Source of the DNA: the human T2T-CHM13v2.0 reference genome, Homo sapiens
Length of the DNA: 64,000 nt
Reading direction: 5' to 3' (one strand)
NCBI RefSeq assembly: GCF_009914755.1
Contig: NC_060925.1
Position numbers and translations under genes: made by a program. The notes below the pieces were generated by a model that saw only the letters and a program-made list of their open reading frames with translations, searched no databases and was not told where the DNA came from. Positions 38,143 through 57,400 of this stretch are shown one piece after another. Position 1 is the stretch's first letter. The number at the start of each line of letters is the position of its first letter.

Positions 38143-38607
38143 ATCTGTCAAGACCTGTGCCAAGCGTCTCCTCTTCCAGGAAGATCTTTCTCACCTAGGG
38201 CTGCGTCCCTGCTCCAGAGCAGCAATTGATCGTACTCCTGGAAGGATCAGACTCCTTTATGGCATCATTCAAGACCTCCAGATCTGGCCCCAGCCTACCT
38301 TAATTCTTCTAGACTTTCATTCTCCAAATCCAGTCCTGACCACCCAGGTCCAGGCCTTTGCTCCAGACACTTCCTCCATGTAGAATGCCTCCCCTCCTCC
38401 ACTTTCACCTATCGAGACTCTAAGTATCTCCTTAAGTCCAATCCAAATGCCCCGCTTTTCTAGAACACCACCCTAGGCCATCCAACCCCCTGAATTCTTG
38501 TCATCCTGCCACCCTGAATCCATAGAACACTTTGTCCTTCGCACGGGGCTCCTTATGTAGCTTACCATGTTGCACTGACATTCATTCAAAAACAAATATT
38601 TATTAAA

Positions 38608-38880
38608 GGTGGATACACAAACATGGCATAGGCAGACAGTGGAACTCCACTCTGCAATGAAAAGGGAACAAATTACTGATAAACACAACATGGATCTCGA
38701 AAATATTATGTAGAGTAAAAGAAACCAAACACACGAGTTTGAGCTCTTTACAAGTTCAAGAACAGGCAAAACTAATCTATGGTGATAGAAATCAGAAAAG
38801 CAGTTGCATCTGGTAACAAGGGGATTGACTCACAGGCAGGCAGAAATCAGAATTTCCTAGGGTGAAGAAAAGGTTCTGAT
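38608..38880 (+). mobile_element. L1ME/MD 3' end, first part (continues 45703-45812)
   Basis: CTCTGCAATGAAAAGG..AAGTTCAAGAACAGGCAAAACTAATCTATGGTGATAGAAATCAGAA. Confidence 0.85.
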
Positions 38881-38881
38881 T

Positions 38882-39086
38882 CTGTGTTGTCCAACACAGT
38901 AGGCACTAACCACATGTGGCTATTCAGCACTTAAAATATGGCTAGTCTGAACTGAAATGTGCTTTAAGTATAAAACCTGGTTTCCAAAGACTTAGGATAG
39001 GCAAAATATATAAAACATCTCATTCATAAATTTTACATTGCTTACATATGGAAATGACCATATTTTGGACATATTAGTTTAGGTAA
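38882..39086 (-). mobile_element. MER33 hAT MITE, first part (continues 45276-45315 and 45612-45702)
   Basis: CTGTGTTGTCCAA..CACATGTGGCTATT.AGCACTT.AAAT.TGGCTAGT; later ATTAATTTCACCTGTTTCTTTT and GTGGCTCAC..GGACAATGCTG. Confidence 0.88.
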
Positions 39087-39307
39087 ATTTTTTTTCTTTT
39101 TTTATTATACTTTAAGTTCTAGAGTACATGTGCACAACGTGCAGGTTTGTTACATAGGTATACATGTGACATGTTGGTTTGCTGCACCCATCAACTCATC
39201 ATTTACATTAGGTATTCCTCCTAATGCTATCCCTCCCCAATCCCCCCACCTCGTGACAGGCCCTGGTGTATGATGTTCCCTGTCCTGTGTCCAAGTGTTC
39301 TCATTGT

Positions 39308-43147
<3,840 letters not shown>

Positions 43148-43210
43148 TATGATGTTAGCTGGTTATTTTGCCCATTAATTGATGCAGTTTCTTCATAGCA
43201 TCGATGGTCT

Positions 43211-44235
43211 TTACAATTTGGCATGTTTTTGCAGTGGCTGGTACCAGATGTTCCTTTCCATGTTTAGTGCATCCTTCAGGAGCTCTTGTAAGGCAGGCCT
43301 GGTGGTGACAAAATCTCTCAGCATTTGCTTGTCTGTAAGGGATTTTATTTCTCCTTCACTTATGAAGTTTAGTTTGGCTGGATATGAAATTCTGGGTTGA
43401 AAATTGTTTTCTTTAAGAATGTTGAATATTGGCCCCCACACTCTTCTGGCTTGTAAGGTTTCTGCTGAGAGATCCACTGTTAGTCTGATGGGCTTCCCTT
43501 TGTGGGTAACCCGACCTTTCTCTCTGGCTGCCTTTAACATTTTTTCCTTCATTTCAACCTTGGTGAATCTGACAATTATGTGTCTTGGGGTTGCTCTTCT
43601 CAAGGAGTATCTTTGTGGTATTCTCTGTATTTCCTGAATTTGAATGTTGGCCTACCTTGCTAGATTGGGGAAGTTCTCCTGCATAATATCCTGAAGAGTG
43701 TTTTGTGACTTGGTTCCATTCTCCCTGTCACTTTCAGGTACACCATTCAAATGTCGGTTTGGTCTTTTCACATAGTCCCATATTTCTTGGAGGCTTGGTT
43801 TGTTTCTTTTTACTCTTCTCTCTAAATTTGTCTTCTTGCTTTATTTCATTAATTTGATCTTCAATCACTGATATCCTTTCTTCCACTTGATCAAATCGGC
43901 TATTGAAGCTTGTGCATGTGTCACGAAGTTCTCATGCCATGTTTTTCAGCTCCATCAGGTCATTTAAGGTCTTCTCTACACTGTTGATTCTAGTTAGCCA
44001 TTCGTCTAACATTTTTTCAAGGTTTTTAGCTTCCTTGTGATGGGTTAGAACATACTCCTTTAGCTTGAAGAAGTTTGTTATTACCGACCTTCTGAAGCCT
44101 ACTTCTGTCAACTCATCAAAGTCATTCTCCATCCAGCTTTGTTCTGTTGCTGGCGAGGAGCTGTGATCCTTTGGAGGAGAAGAGACACTCTGGTTTTTAG
44201 AATTTTCAGCTTTTCTGCTCTAGGTTTCTCCCCAT
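43211..44235 (-). pseudogene. ORF1: L1 ORF1, disrupted
   Basis: ATG at 44235; fragments MENDFDEL.. and RRATPRHIIVRF..REKG..ARR..YPAKL. Confidence 0.93.
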
Positions 44236-45254
44236 TTTTGTGGTTTTATCTAACTTTGGTCTTTGATGTTGGTGACCTACAGATGAGTTTTTGGTGTGGA
44301 TGTCCTTTTTGTTGATGTTGATGCTATTCCTTTCTGTTTGTTAGTTTTCCTTCTAACAGTCAGGTCCCTCAGCTGCAGGTCTATTGGAGTTTTCTGGAGG
44401 TCCACTCCAGACGCTGTTTGCCTGGGTATCACCAGTGGAGGCTGCAGAACAGCAAATACTGCAGAACAGCAATTATTGCTGCCTGATCCTTCCTCTGGAA
44501 GCTTCATCCTAGAGGGGCACCTGCCTGTATGAGGTGTCTGTCAGCCCCTACTGGGAGGCGTCCCCCAGTTAGGCTACGTGGGGGTCAGGGACCCACTTGA
44601 GGAGGCAGTCTGGCCATTCTCAGAGCTCAAACACCATGCTGGGAGAACCACTGCTCTCTTCAGAGCTGTCAGACAGGGACATTTAGCTCTTCAGAAGTTT
44701 CTGCTCCCTTCTGTTCAGCTATGCCCTGCCCACAGAGTTGGAGTCTACAGAGGCAGTAGGCCTTGCTGACACGCGGTGGGCTCCACCCAGTTTGAGCTTC
44801 CTGGCTGCTTTGTTTACCTACTCAAGCCTCAGCAATGGCAGACGCCCCTCCCCCCGCCAGGCTGCTGCCTTGCAGGTCAATCTCAGACTGCTGCCCTCGC
44901 AGTGAGCAAGTCTCCATGGGCGTGGGACCTGCCAAGTGTGGCACGGGAGAGAATCTCCTGGTCTACCGGTTGCTAAGACTGTGGGAAAAACGCAGTATTT
45001 GGACAGAAGTGTCCCATTTTCCCAGGTACCATCTGTCATGGCTTCCCTTGGCTAGGAAAGGGAAATCCCCTGACCCTTAGCGCTTCCCAGGTGAGGCGAA
45101 GCCCCACCCTGCTTTGGCTCACCCACTGCAGGCTGCACCCACTGTCCAACCAGTCTCAATGAGATGAACCAGGTACCTCAGTTGGAAATGCAGAAATCAC
45201 CCATCTTCTTTGTCAATCATGCTGGGAGCTGCAGACCTGAGCTGTTCCTAGTTG

Positions 45255-45263
45255 GCCATCTTG
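45255..45263 (-). promoter_or_regulatory. YY1 site at the L1 5' end
   Basis: CAAGATGGC intact on the minus strand. Confidence 0.75.
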
Positions 45264-45315
45264 GAATGGATGCCTTAAATATATTACTAAATTAATTTCA
45301 CCTGTTTCTTTTTCC

Positions 45316-45611
45316 TTTTTTTTTTTTTTAGACAGAGTCTCGCTCTGTTGCCCAGGCTGCAGTACAGTGGCATGATCTCAGCTCACTGTTACCTCTGCCT
45401 TCCAGGTTCAAGTGATTCTCCTGCCTCAGCCTCTTGAGTAGCTGGGATTACAGGTGTGTGCCATCACCTTCACTTAATTTTTGTATTTTTAGTAGAGACA
45501 GGGTCTCACCATATTGGCCAGACTGGTCTCAAACTCCTGACCTAAACATGATCCTCCCACCTCTGCCTCCCAAAGTGCTGGGATTACAGGCATGAGCCAC
45601 TGTGTCCAGTC
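45316..45611 (-). mobile_element. Alu (AluS-like) inside MER33
   Basis: poly(T) plus full antisense dimer. Confidence 0.96.
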
Positions 45612-47089
45612 TTTTTTTGCTTTTGTAATGAGGCTGCTAGAAAAATTTAAAAATTTTAATTACCTGTGTGGCTCACACTATGTTTCAGTGGGACAATGCT
45701 GCTGTAGATCTTGATTAGGGTGTTGGTTGCACATTTGCCAAAACTCATCAGGAATATCTTATGGATATAAGATCTGTCCATTTCACCATATATAGATTAT
45801 ACCTTGATTATAAAACAAATTTTAGTGAGCACCTACTAAGTGCTGCCAGACATTGTATTAGGCATTGGTAATGCCATGCTGTAGAAGAAACACACCCAGT
45901 CTCTGCTCAACCTAGTCAGAGAAACTGACTCTAATTAAATAATTCCTCTAAAAATGAATGTATTGCCTTACCAAGCTTAAGACTGCTGAGGCCAAAACGG
46001 CATTTAGGCATCTTTGCCACCCATCACTGCCTAGCCCAGGGAGGGGTGCATATTAGACGACCAGCAAATTCTGATGCACTGGGTTGAACTATTGAACTAG
46101 TTAAAGCTCATTTCCTGAAACAGGCAGCTCAACAGAGGCTATCTGGGGAATGTTTCTGCCTTTGAGCCAGACCAACTAATATGAGACAAAAAAGCTTTTG
46201 TCTTTCTATAAAATTTCCAGGGATAGAAGGATCTAGTCTATCCCCATTTTTGGCCTGCTCTTTGGGGATATAATCCTAGTGTAAGTCATAAAATTTTTTG
46301 GTTAAATACTCTGAGCCTCATGGGTAAATAGTGTGAGAACCAGGGTAGTCAAAATTCGTCCAAAAAAAGTAGATTTGCTTATTTAAGTTTGAGAGTGTAT
46401 GTACAGGCTGCTTTTGCTTTCCAGATATTTTGAAGTAAAGTGTTAGGAAACATCCCCACAGAACAGGTGTTCCTGCCACAGTGGGTTTACTCATGTTTGT
46501 TAGTTTTTTAGGAAAGGTTTGTAAATAGGCTCCAGCTGGCTTTCCTGCCCAGTTCTTCAAGCCTTCGTAGAGGAGTTGCTCCTTGCCTCAGAGCTCTCTC
46601 TCTCTGCAATATCCACTTCCACGCATCTTAGGACTAAAGGGGAACCACTCAAGCAGTCCCTCTTTGCTGATGAGGTTTTAAAGGAAGCCACCCCATGACC
46701 TGGTAGAAGTCACTTAAGTGTCTGGATCCATTAGAGACCACTGAAGTGAAAATCCAACTTGTAGCAGCTGTAGAAAAACCCTTTATATTAATTCATTTCA
46801 GGGAGGTTATTGACTTCTGCTCTGAGCTGAGCCTACAGGGGCCCAGGAGACATATAGAAGGACCTAGGTCTCTACCCTCAAGAATCCCAAATCCAGCAGG
46901 AGTATAATGAGCACCGTTACCACCAAGTCACAGGTAAGAGGGCCCAAAGAGAGTATTGGGGGATACAGGGAAGGGTGGGTTCATTCCAGCTACGGAGGGC
47001 TGAACAACAGCTCCTGAGCACCTCTACTATGCCAGGCACTGTGCTGGGCTCTGAGTCTGGACACATGGCTTAGGGTGGTCTCTTGCCTC

Positions 47090-48060
47090 CTCCATACACC
47101 TTACCCTCCTCACAGCAGCCAGAGAGATCATTTGCAATCATAAACCAGATCATGTTACACTTCTAGTTAAACACTTTCAATGACATCCCATTGTACTTAG
47201 AATAAAGCTCAAATTTCTCATTATTGTTAGTCTTAGTCAGCTACTATTGTGTAACAAACCATCCCCAAAACAAGCCATTCCAAAACACAGTGGGCTAACA
47301 ACAACAGTAACATATTATCACATGTCCATCTGTCAGCTGGATCAGCTGATTTAGGCTAACGACCGTTCCGCATGCTTTGGACCAGCACATTAGCCTTGAC
47401 GTGTTTTGCTGGTGATGCTGGCAGAAACAAGATAGCAATTTAAAACATATGAATCCTCTCAAGGCCTAGGCTGGAACTTCTATAGGAATATCAGTTGGCC
47501 AAAGTAAATCTTGTGGCCAAGCCCAAAGGCAAAGGACAGGTGTCTACACCCACAATGACACTGAGGCAAGGCTGTGAATGCAGGGAGGGGTTAAAAGTTG
47601 GGGCCAACAATGCAATCTGTGACCTATCCTCTACCTACATCACCATACTCACCTTGTATCATGTCCTCTTCCTTCGCTCCAACAACACTGGCCTTTCTTC
47701 ACCCCTTAAATGCAACACACTCTTTCCTACTCCAAGGCTTTTGCACAATTCTTCCCTCTGCCTGAAAGAATCTTTTCCTCGTTCTTTCCAGGATGACTTT
47801 CTCTTATCCTGATGTCAGCTAAAATGTCTCTCCTTAGAGATGCTTTTCCTAACCCCCCAAGTAGAGTAGACTCCACTTTTAATTTTCTCATGATGCCCTT
47901 CATCATACCCATCACAATTTGTACTTATATTTTTAACTGTTCATTGTCCATGTCCCCAATAGACTGAAAGCTTCACAAAGAATGACAATGTGTCTGTTTT
48001 GTCCACCAAATTGTATCCTCAATGCCTTTACAGTGTCTGGCATATAGCAGGTGTCCAGTT
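47090..48060 (+). mobile_element. L2 3' region, interrupted by an MLT1-like LTR (~47228-47620, -)
   Basis: CACAGCAGCCAGAG..CAGATCATGT..TAGAATAAA; AACACTGGCCTT..AGACTGAAAGCT..CAGTGTCTGGCATATAG; LTR start GTGTAACAAACCATCCCCAAAAC. Confidence 0.7.
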
Positions 48061-48246
48061 CATAAAGCGTCATTGAGGTTGCATTTGAGCTGATCTTTCA
48101 AAACAGCTACAATTTAAAAGGCAGTTGGAGAAAAGGCATTCCAGGCATAAGAAACAGCCTTAAGCCAATGGTTCTCAATGTGTGGCCGCAGATCAGCAGC
48201 ACGGGCATCAGCATCACCTAGGAACTTGTTAGAAATGCACATTCTT

Positions 48247-49992
<1,746 letters not shown>

Positions 49993-50164
49993 TAAGCTCA
50001 CAATTCACATCTCTAGCTAACGGAAGTAAAATTTCAGAGCTAAACAAATTTCTTTTTTATAAAAATTCCATTTATTCAACAAATTAGTAAATGCCTTCTC
50101 CACATTTAATATACAGAAATGAAAAAGACGTTATCAGCAACCTTCCAAAAAAGGAACTCAAATT

Positions 50165-50345
50165 AGCTGAGCGCCTGTCATGAGCCAGCAACTGCACGTG
50201 TGTTGTCCCATTTATTCCTCGCACAACCCTACCACGTTGGTGCTATTCTCCCCATTTGACAATTAAGGAGACTGAGGTTCAGAGGCCAAAGTGGCTTGCT
50301 CTAGGCCACACAGCCAGGATTCTGACCAATTCCAAAGCCAGGGCT
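50165..50345 (-). mobile_element. MIR
   Basis: CACAACCCT..CCCCATTT..GACTGAGGTTCAGAG..GGCCACACAGC. Confidence 0.75.
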
Positions 50346-50529
50346 GTGTCTCCCAAGGGAAAGACCCGCCAGTCAGTGCAGACTGGGCTTGTTTCATGAA
50401 AACCACTTTGGTGCATGTGTCTTTGTGACAGGGTGTACCTTCACGCCATCAGGCCTGACCAGTAGCCCCACCGCCCTGCCTCCCTAGTCCTGCCACCAGT
50501 ACCTTCTCCTTCTCCCTTCAGGAAAGTCA

Positions 50530-50812
50530 GCCAAGCACAGTTACTCATACCTGTAATCCCAGCATTTAGGGAGGCTGAGACAGGAGGATCATTTGAGCCC
50601 AAGAGACCAGCCTGGACAATATAGTGAGACCCCATCTCTACAAAAAACAAAAACTTAGCTGGGCATGGTGGTGCATGCCTGTAGTCACCCAGCTTGGGAG
50701 GCTGAGGCAGAAGGACCACTTGAGCCCAACAGCTAGAGGCTACAGTGAGCTATGATTGTACCACTGTACTCCAGCAACAGAGCAGGACCCTGTCTCAAAA
50801 AAATAAAAAAAA
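50530..50812 (+). mobile_element. Alu (AluJ-like)
   Basis: diverged dimer with small deletions; TSD AGGAAAGTCA. Confidence 0.93.
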
Positions 50813-52359
50813 AGGAAAGTCAAATGCCACTTGTCCCATCTGCCAAAAGAGCCGTGAAATGAATCTGAAAGAAAGTGAAGAAATAAATCACAACTTTCCC
50901 ATGTGTTGTGTGCCTCTTCTCAAAACACAAGCTGGGGCTCCCTGGGAGATGGGAGTGTCACTACTGTTTAATAATACGCAAAGTAATTTTTTAGGAAGAA
51001 TGTGCTTTTTTGGATGAATATTGATTGAATCCCATCTTTCTGACCAGAGAGCTAAATCAAGCCTTTCAGGCAGGTGATTGAAACGACACTAGAAGTCTAT
51101 TTGATTTCACTCAAGCCCACCCTTGTGAGAAGGGAACTAAGAGCTTCCTGCTATCTCAAGAATCATCAGATTAAGGAGAACCTGGAGCTAATAAGGAACC
51201 AGAGAGTCTGTTTCAGCCCCAGCTTCTGGCTGTATGCAGCTGGTTCTGAAGAGACTGGGATCCCCAGGGGCCAGGAGCAGTGACTTTCCACCTCTCCCGC
51301 CCACAAAGTTTCTCCTTCCAGCCAATATAATGTTTTTTGTTTCAGGTTAGCTTTGCAGAAATAAATTCATGCATTTTCTGCAGTTAACTGAGGCATGAAA
51401 GGGGCCATGGCTTTGGGGAAGAGACTGGTTTGCACAGCACTGTGCCAGGAAGGGACCCAGACTCCTGGGAGGTGCTTAAGCAAAACAGGAGGAGCTATGG
51501 ACATGTCCTCAACCTGGCTTTGTTTCTGCACAGCAGCCACTAGTGTACTCTCATCCCCTTGTCCCCTCTCCTGGCCCATCTGAGACCTGGTCCCAGTGAA
51601 TCCCCTGGGAAGGCTCTGGCTCCCCCAGAAAGGGAGGAACAAAGGACTTTCCAAAATGCTGCAGGCATTCCAAATTCTCTTTTTGGAGCGGTGAATCCTC
51701 GGGGACAGCTAACAACACTCTCCCATCAGCCTCTTCTCCATAGCTATCATCTGTCTATCTTTATAAGGCCCCTCCTGATACACTGTCTCTTTTCTGTCTT
51801 GCCACCTAGCTCCTCCCCAGGCCTACTTCTCCCTCTTCCCCAAAGACAACCTCAAAACACCTCAGAGATTAACTGAAAGCTGTATCCAGAGTATGATCAG
51901 TTTAGCTCAGCCAGAAGCCTCTTGCACCCCCTTTGTCACAGCTCCTGTGACAAAGACGCTCTCCCAAATGGGCAGGAGAACCAGAGGGCAAGGCCCCAGA
52001 GCAGCGGCCTGGCAGGCCCAGGGATGGCCTCCTTTTCAGGGAACAAAATTACCCTGAGAACTCTGAAGAGTCACCAGCATGCGGGTCTAGAAGGCGGCCT
52101 GCTTGGAAACAAGTGACCTGCCTGGAGACAGGTAACCTCCCTGGAGACAGGTGACAGGTGACCTCCTGGTGACTGCCCTCCTCATGCTACCTGCACTGCT
52201 TTGCCTGGTCTGCGATGTGGGCATGGCCTGGAGCCCATGCCCACAGCAGCTTGCAATAGGCAAAAGCATCCCCATTGTTCCCCTCAAAACCAGATTAAAC
52301 AAAAGGGAGAGAGAAGTGGGGCCCAGTGGTTGCAAAGGATGCAGAGAGAGAGAATGTGA

Positions 52360-52696
<337 letters not shown>

Positions 52697-53454
52697 GACC
52701 TCATCTATCTTTTAACCCCAATAGCTGCCTCTGTGCCTGGCTCTGTGCAATGACGAAGAGAGAGTGAGAGGTGAAAAGAGATAGGAAATCAGGAAGAGAA
52801 AGAAATTCTTGGAAAGCACGTTGAGCCAGAGCTCAGAAAACTGAATCGCGGGGCAATGCAGATTCCTCAGGCACCAGACAAAAGGATCCTGGATCAGGTT
52901 TGGACTCAGGGGGATGGCCAGCCCAGCCAGACTGAGAGAAGCAAGATGCTGGCTGACCTTGGACAGAGAGTGAGAGTAGTGGGCTGGGAATCAGAAAGCC
53001 AGCCCCACTAGCCAGCCCCTTGACAGTGTCCCCTGGGCCTCAGTCTCCTCACCAGTAAAATGGGTTGATGACACCATCTCCAAGATGCCTTCTCACATGT
53101 GCTCTGTGCTGGCCTCACCTGTAGACAGCTGGGCCTTGACAGAACTCCCTGCCTGGGCAAAATGTTTTGGGGGCACTCAGAGGGCGAGTCAAAATGTGCT
53201 GCTGACCTAGGAAGTCCCCAGAAGGAAGATGGAGAGGAAGGTAGAGACACCAGAAGGTGCATATCCGGACCTGGTGGCAACAGTGGGGCTGGCAGGTGGG
53301 GAGGGGGCACAGTCAGGCAGCCACATCCCCTTCCCACCCTCCCTCTGAATGCCACTTCTAAAGCCAGTCCTTTCGTGTTCTTCTGTCTTGCTATTTAATA
53401 CATCCTGTTCTTTTTCCTCATAGCACCCATCCCGATTTGTTTTCTTATTTAGAA

Positions 53455-53670
53455 AAAAACCATTTATTACAGAGCACTTATATGTGCCGGGCACTGTTCT
53501 AAGTGCTTTATGAATATTAATTCCCTTAATCCTCATAACAACCCTCTGAGTTATGTGCTATGGTTCATCCCATTTTACAGATGAGCAAACTGAGACACAG
53601 AAAATGAAGGAACTTGCCCAAGATCACTGCAGTGAAAAAGCAGCAGAGCCAGGATTCAAACCCGTGCCCT
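53455..53670 (-). mobile_element. MIR (well preserved)
   Basis: GAGCACTTA.ATGTGCC.GGCACTGTTCTAAGTGCTTT..CCCATTTTACAGATGAG.AAACTGAG. Confidence 0.9.
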
Positions 53671-54959
53671 TCCGAAGCGCAGGGCTTAGATCTGTTTCAT
53701 TCACAGTCTGGCACACACGAGGTGCCAGATAAATTTACTGAATACAGAATCAAATGCTAGGATGCAGATTGGCTGACACAGGCTCAAACTGCCACCGAAG
53801 AGACCTCTGGGGCCAGGCAGGAACCTGCTCCCACGGCTGTGGAGCATCAAAGATGGGGCCGAGTCTGCTCCCCACCCGGCCCTTCTGCATCCTGGGCCAG
53901 GGTTGGCCTGGGCCCTAAGCTGTGAGGAGACCTCAAGAGGATCCCAGAACCTGGCTCCAACCCTTCCTGGGGTCTGTGGGAACAGGAGCCTCTGCCTTCC
54001 TGTGGCTTCCTCTGCCTGCCTCCACCTCCATGGTTGGAGACTCCAATTAATTATGCTGTGTAATTAGATAAAGAATATTCATTTTTCATTAATGACAGTA
54101 AACCCTTGCTCTGTGGCTGAGTTCCTTATGTTTTAATTAAGCAGGGCTCCTGAAAGCCGCGTGGCTCCTCTGCGAGTGCCCCCTCTTCTAATGAACAGTC
54201 ACTTAGAATTTTAAGAAGTGAAGGATTCCTTCCCCAAGTTAATTACCTCAAAATTAGCTTAATCACAGCTCATTTAAACTTATCTAAACAACAGCACGAG
54301 GAGTTCCAGGAAACAGAGGTTCTGACTTTCCTCGTTAAGAGTCAAAAAAAATAATAATAACATAAACATCCCCTCTAGTAGGTAGTGGTGACCCCTTAGT
54401 CCGTTGGCTGCAGCTTGCTCAGAGCAGAAATGTTTACAGCATCTGGGGACTGACCCAGGGCTGGGGACATTCGGCCTTTTCCAAGGCCAATGGCCCACCT
54501 GTAGCTGCCTGGGTTCCTGGGGTTTAGGGGTGCTAAGGACCCCTCTCCTAGTGGCTCTGAGAGAGGGAAAAGCCCCAGGCCTTGGGCTGTCACTGCCCCT
54601 CCCACCCCCAAACACCCCTGCCTCTCCATGCACTCTTAGGTCAAGTCATAACCAGAGTTGTGGCCTGGCTCCTCCCACTGGGCTTGTACAGACCACAGTG
54701 TCTTTGCAGAGCAGGGGACAAGGGGCTGGAGAAGCGCAGACCAGGAATTCCATCTCAACTTTCTGCAGACAAGGCCCTCACCAGCACAAGGCCTGACATC
54801 ATAGACACTCAATATGCATTTATTGAATGAATAAATTAATGAATGACCAACTGCATGGCCCTAGGATGCAGAGCCAGGATCAATAGAAAAACTTCCAGAT
54901 TTTAGCTCACTGCAAGAAAAGAATTATCTTCCAGTAAAATTTGCTTAAGCTACCTTGGA

Positions 54960-55180
54960 AGAACATTTATCGAGGCCTCATTGTGTGGCAGGCACTGGGT
55001 TAAGTCCTTAATATCAAGTGTCTTGGATAGTCCTCACAACAGCCCTATGGCATAAAGATGAGTATTATTATCTTCATGAAACTGAGGCACAAAGAGGTGA
55101 CAGAACTCACCACTCACCCAAGGTCACATTGATAATAAATGGCGGGATTTAAGCCCAAACAGTCGGGCTCCAGAGCCTGT
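54960..55180 (-). mobile_element. MIR
   Basis: ACATTTAT.GAG..CAGGCACTG..TCCTCACAACAGCCCTATG..GAAACTGAGGCAC..CCCAAGGTCACA. Confidence 0.8.
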
Positions 55181-56707
55181 TGGATACGGAGTAAGTTCCC
55201 TGGGCTGGGGGTTGTATAAGCGGAAGCTATGGGACCACAGGTCTGGAGGATGCTCTAGAGGGGCCCTGTGTTGGAAGGAAAAAGAGGAGAGACTAGGTCA
55301 CTCATTAACCCCCATTCTGTTGCAGATTGGAAGGGTTTGACGCATCCGACATTTCCACCTGCCATGGGAATGCTGCTTAATCCCACCCTGTGGTTTGGAA
55401 TGGTGAGACTGGAGCAAGCCCTGCAGATAAGCACCAGCCTGCCCCACAGGGACCAGGCAGGCCAGCAGGAGGTGCAGCTTCCCTTCCTCAAAGAACAGCT
55501 GAGTGGAGGCTGTTGCACTCCTGTGCAGAGGGGGCTGGGAGATTATTTATCTGCATCCTCTGTTCCACACAGTTGGCTTTCCTTTGCCAACTCCCTGTAG
55601 GGGTGGGAATGCTCAAAAAGCCTGGAAGGGGCGGTGAGCCATCATAAAAGGCTCCCAAAAATAAGAGGCTGCCTTCCTGGTAGAGATAAATGGCTCTGGC
55701 AGCCCCACGCTCCCTGCCCCTTCTGCCCAATCCCAGGTCACCCTGGCTCGCCAAAGGACTCTAGCTCCTGGCAAAGATCCAGAACTTGCCAGGTATTACC
55801 TGTCCCCTCCTCCAACCACCCCCCCAACCCCACCCCCCAACCACCAAGAGGCGGCACCGCTGCGGAGACGCTGTGTAATTCCAGCTGTCACTGCCCTAAT
55901 TACACCCCATGGTCCTCCCACCAGCACCGTGCACCCCGTGCCGCCTGCATAATGGGCCTTGTTTTTAAAGACACTCTCTCCTTTTCACAGAGGCCTTTTG
56001 AAGGCGAACAATCTCACACAATGTCGCTTAATGACAGCACTGCCTAGCTCTCCAGCAATTCCCAACCCCCAGTCCCCAGCCCCCTTCCTCTCTTGCTCTC
56101 TTTTTTATTTTTTTACTTGATAATCATCATAATTGTCATAATCACCCTGGAGTTAAGAGAAGGTACCTGGGACATTTCAATCAATTATAAAGTGACCTAA
56201 TAAAAGGTCAGGATGGTCTGTGAAGCAGAAGCCTGCAGGGAAGGAGAGAGACAGATACACAATCACACATGAGTGAGTGCAGGGATGCACATGCACACAC
56301 ACACACCCCACACGGGTACACAGGCCACACACGTGCACACACCGGGCCCTGAAGGCTGACAGCAAGGGAGTCAGAGACATGGGAGATTTCCTCCTGATGC
56401 TTTGCAACAAAGAACAGGGTGGATCCTCTGGGAGAGACCCACAGACCTCACCCACCCCAAGCCCTATAGAAAGCTCTTTTGCCTGGCCAAAGCACAGCAC
56501 AGGGAGCCTCACAGCAGTGAGCAGGACTACAGGTATTAGAGGCCAGTGCCCTGAATCTGAGTTACTGCTTGGCTCCTTTCTGGCTCCCTATTTAATCCCT
56601 CGAAGCCTCACCATAATCATCTGGAAAATGGGACAGCAAATGAACCCACCATAAGGTTCTGGAGAGGACTGAATGTTCTGACCAAATTATCTAAAACGAT
56701 CTCTCTC

Positions 56708-57006
<299 letters not shown>

Positions 57007-57149
57007 TAATTTATCTCAGTGTATTAATGTATTTCCTTTAGGGCAATTACAACAATCTGAAAATACATTTTATAGATATATATAGCTGCTTAACACACAC
57101 CTCCTTCCACGTGGCTATCAGATCCTTGAGGGCAGCTTTATTCACATCT

Positions 57150-57400
57150 AGAGCATTTGAGATTAAAGAGCACAATCACCAGAGCTCAACTTGCCGAGTT
57201 CAAATCCTGATGCCAACACCTACCAACCTACCAACCATGTGACCTTGGGTTAATTACTCAACCTCTCTGTGTCTCAGTTTTCCACAGCTGTAAAATTGGG
57301 ATAATAATACTACCTACCTTTAGGGCTGTTGTGAAGATTAAAGAATGTATTATACATTAAGTGCTTGGAATGGTGCCTGCTCATAGTAAGCACTGTTTAC
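57150..57400 (+). mobile_element. MIR
   Basis: GTTCAAATCCTG..TGTGACCTTGGG..AACCTCTCTGTGTCTCAGTTT..TGTAAAAT.GGGATAATAATA. Confidence 0.9.
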
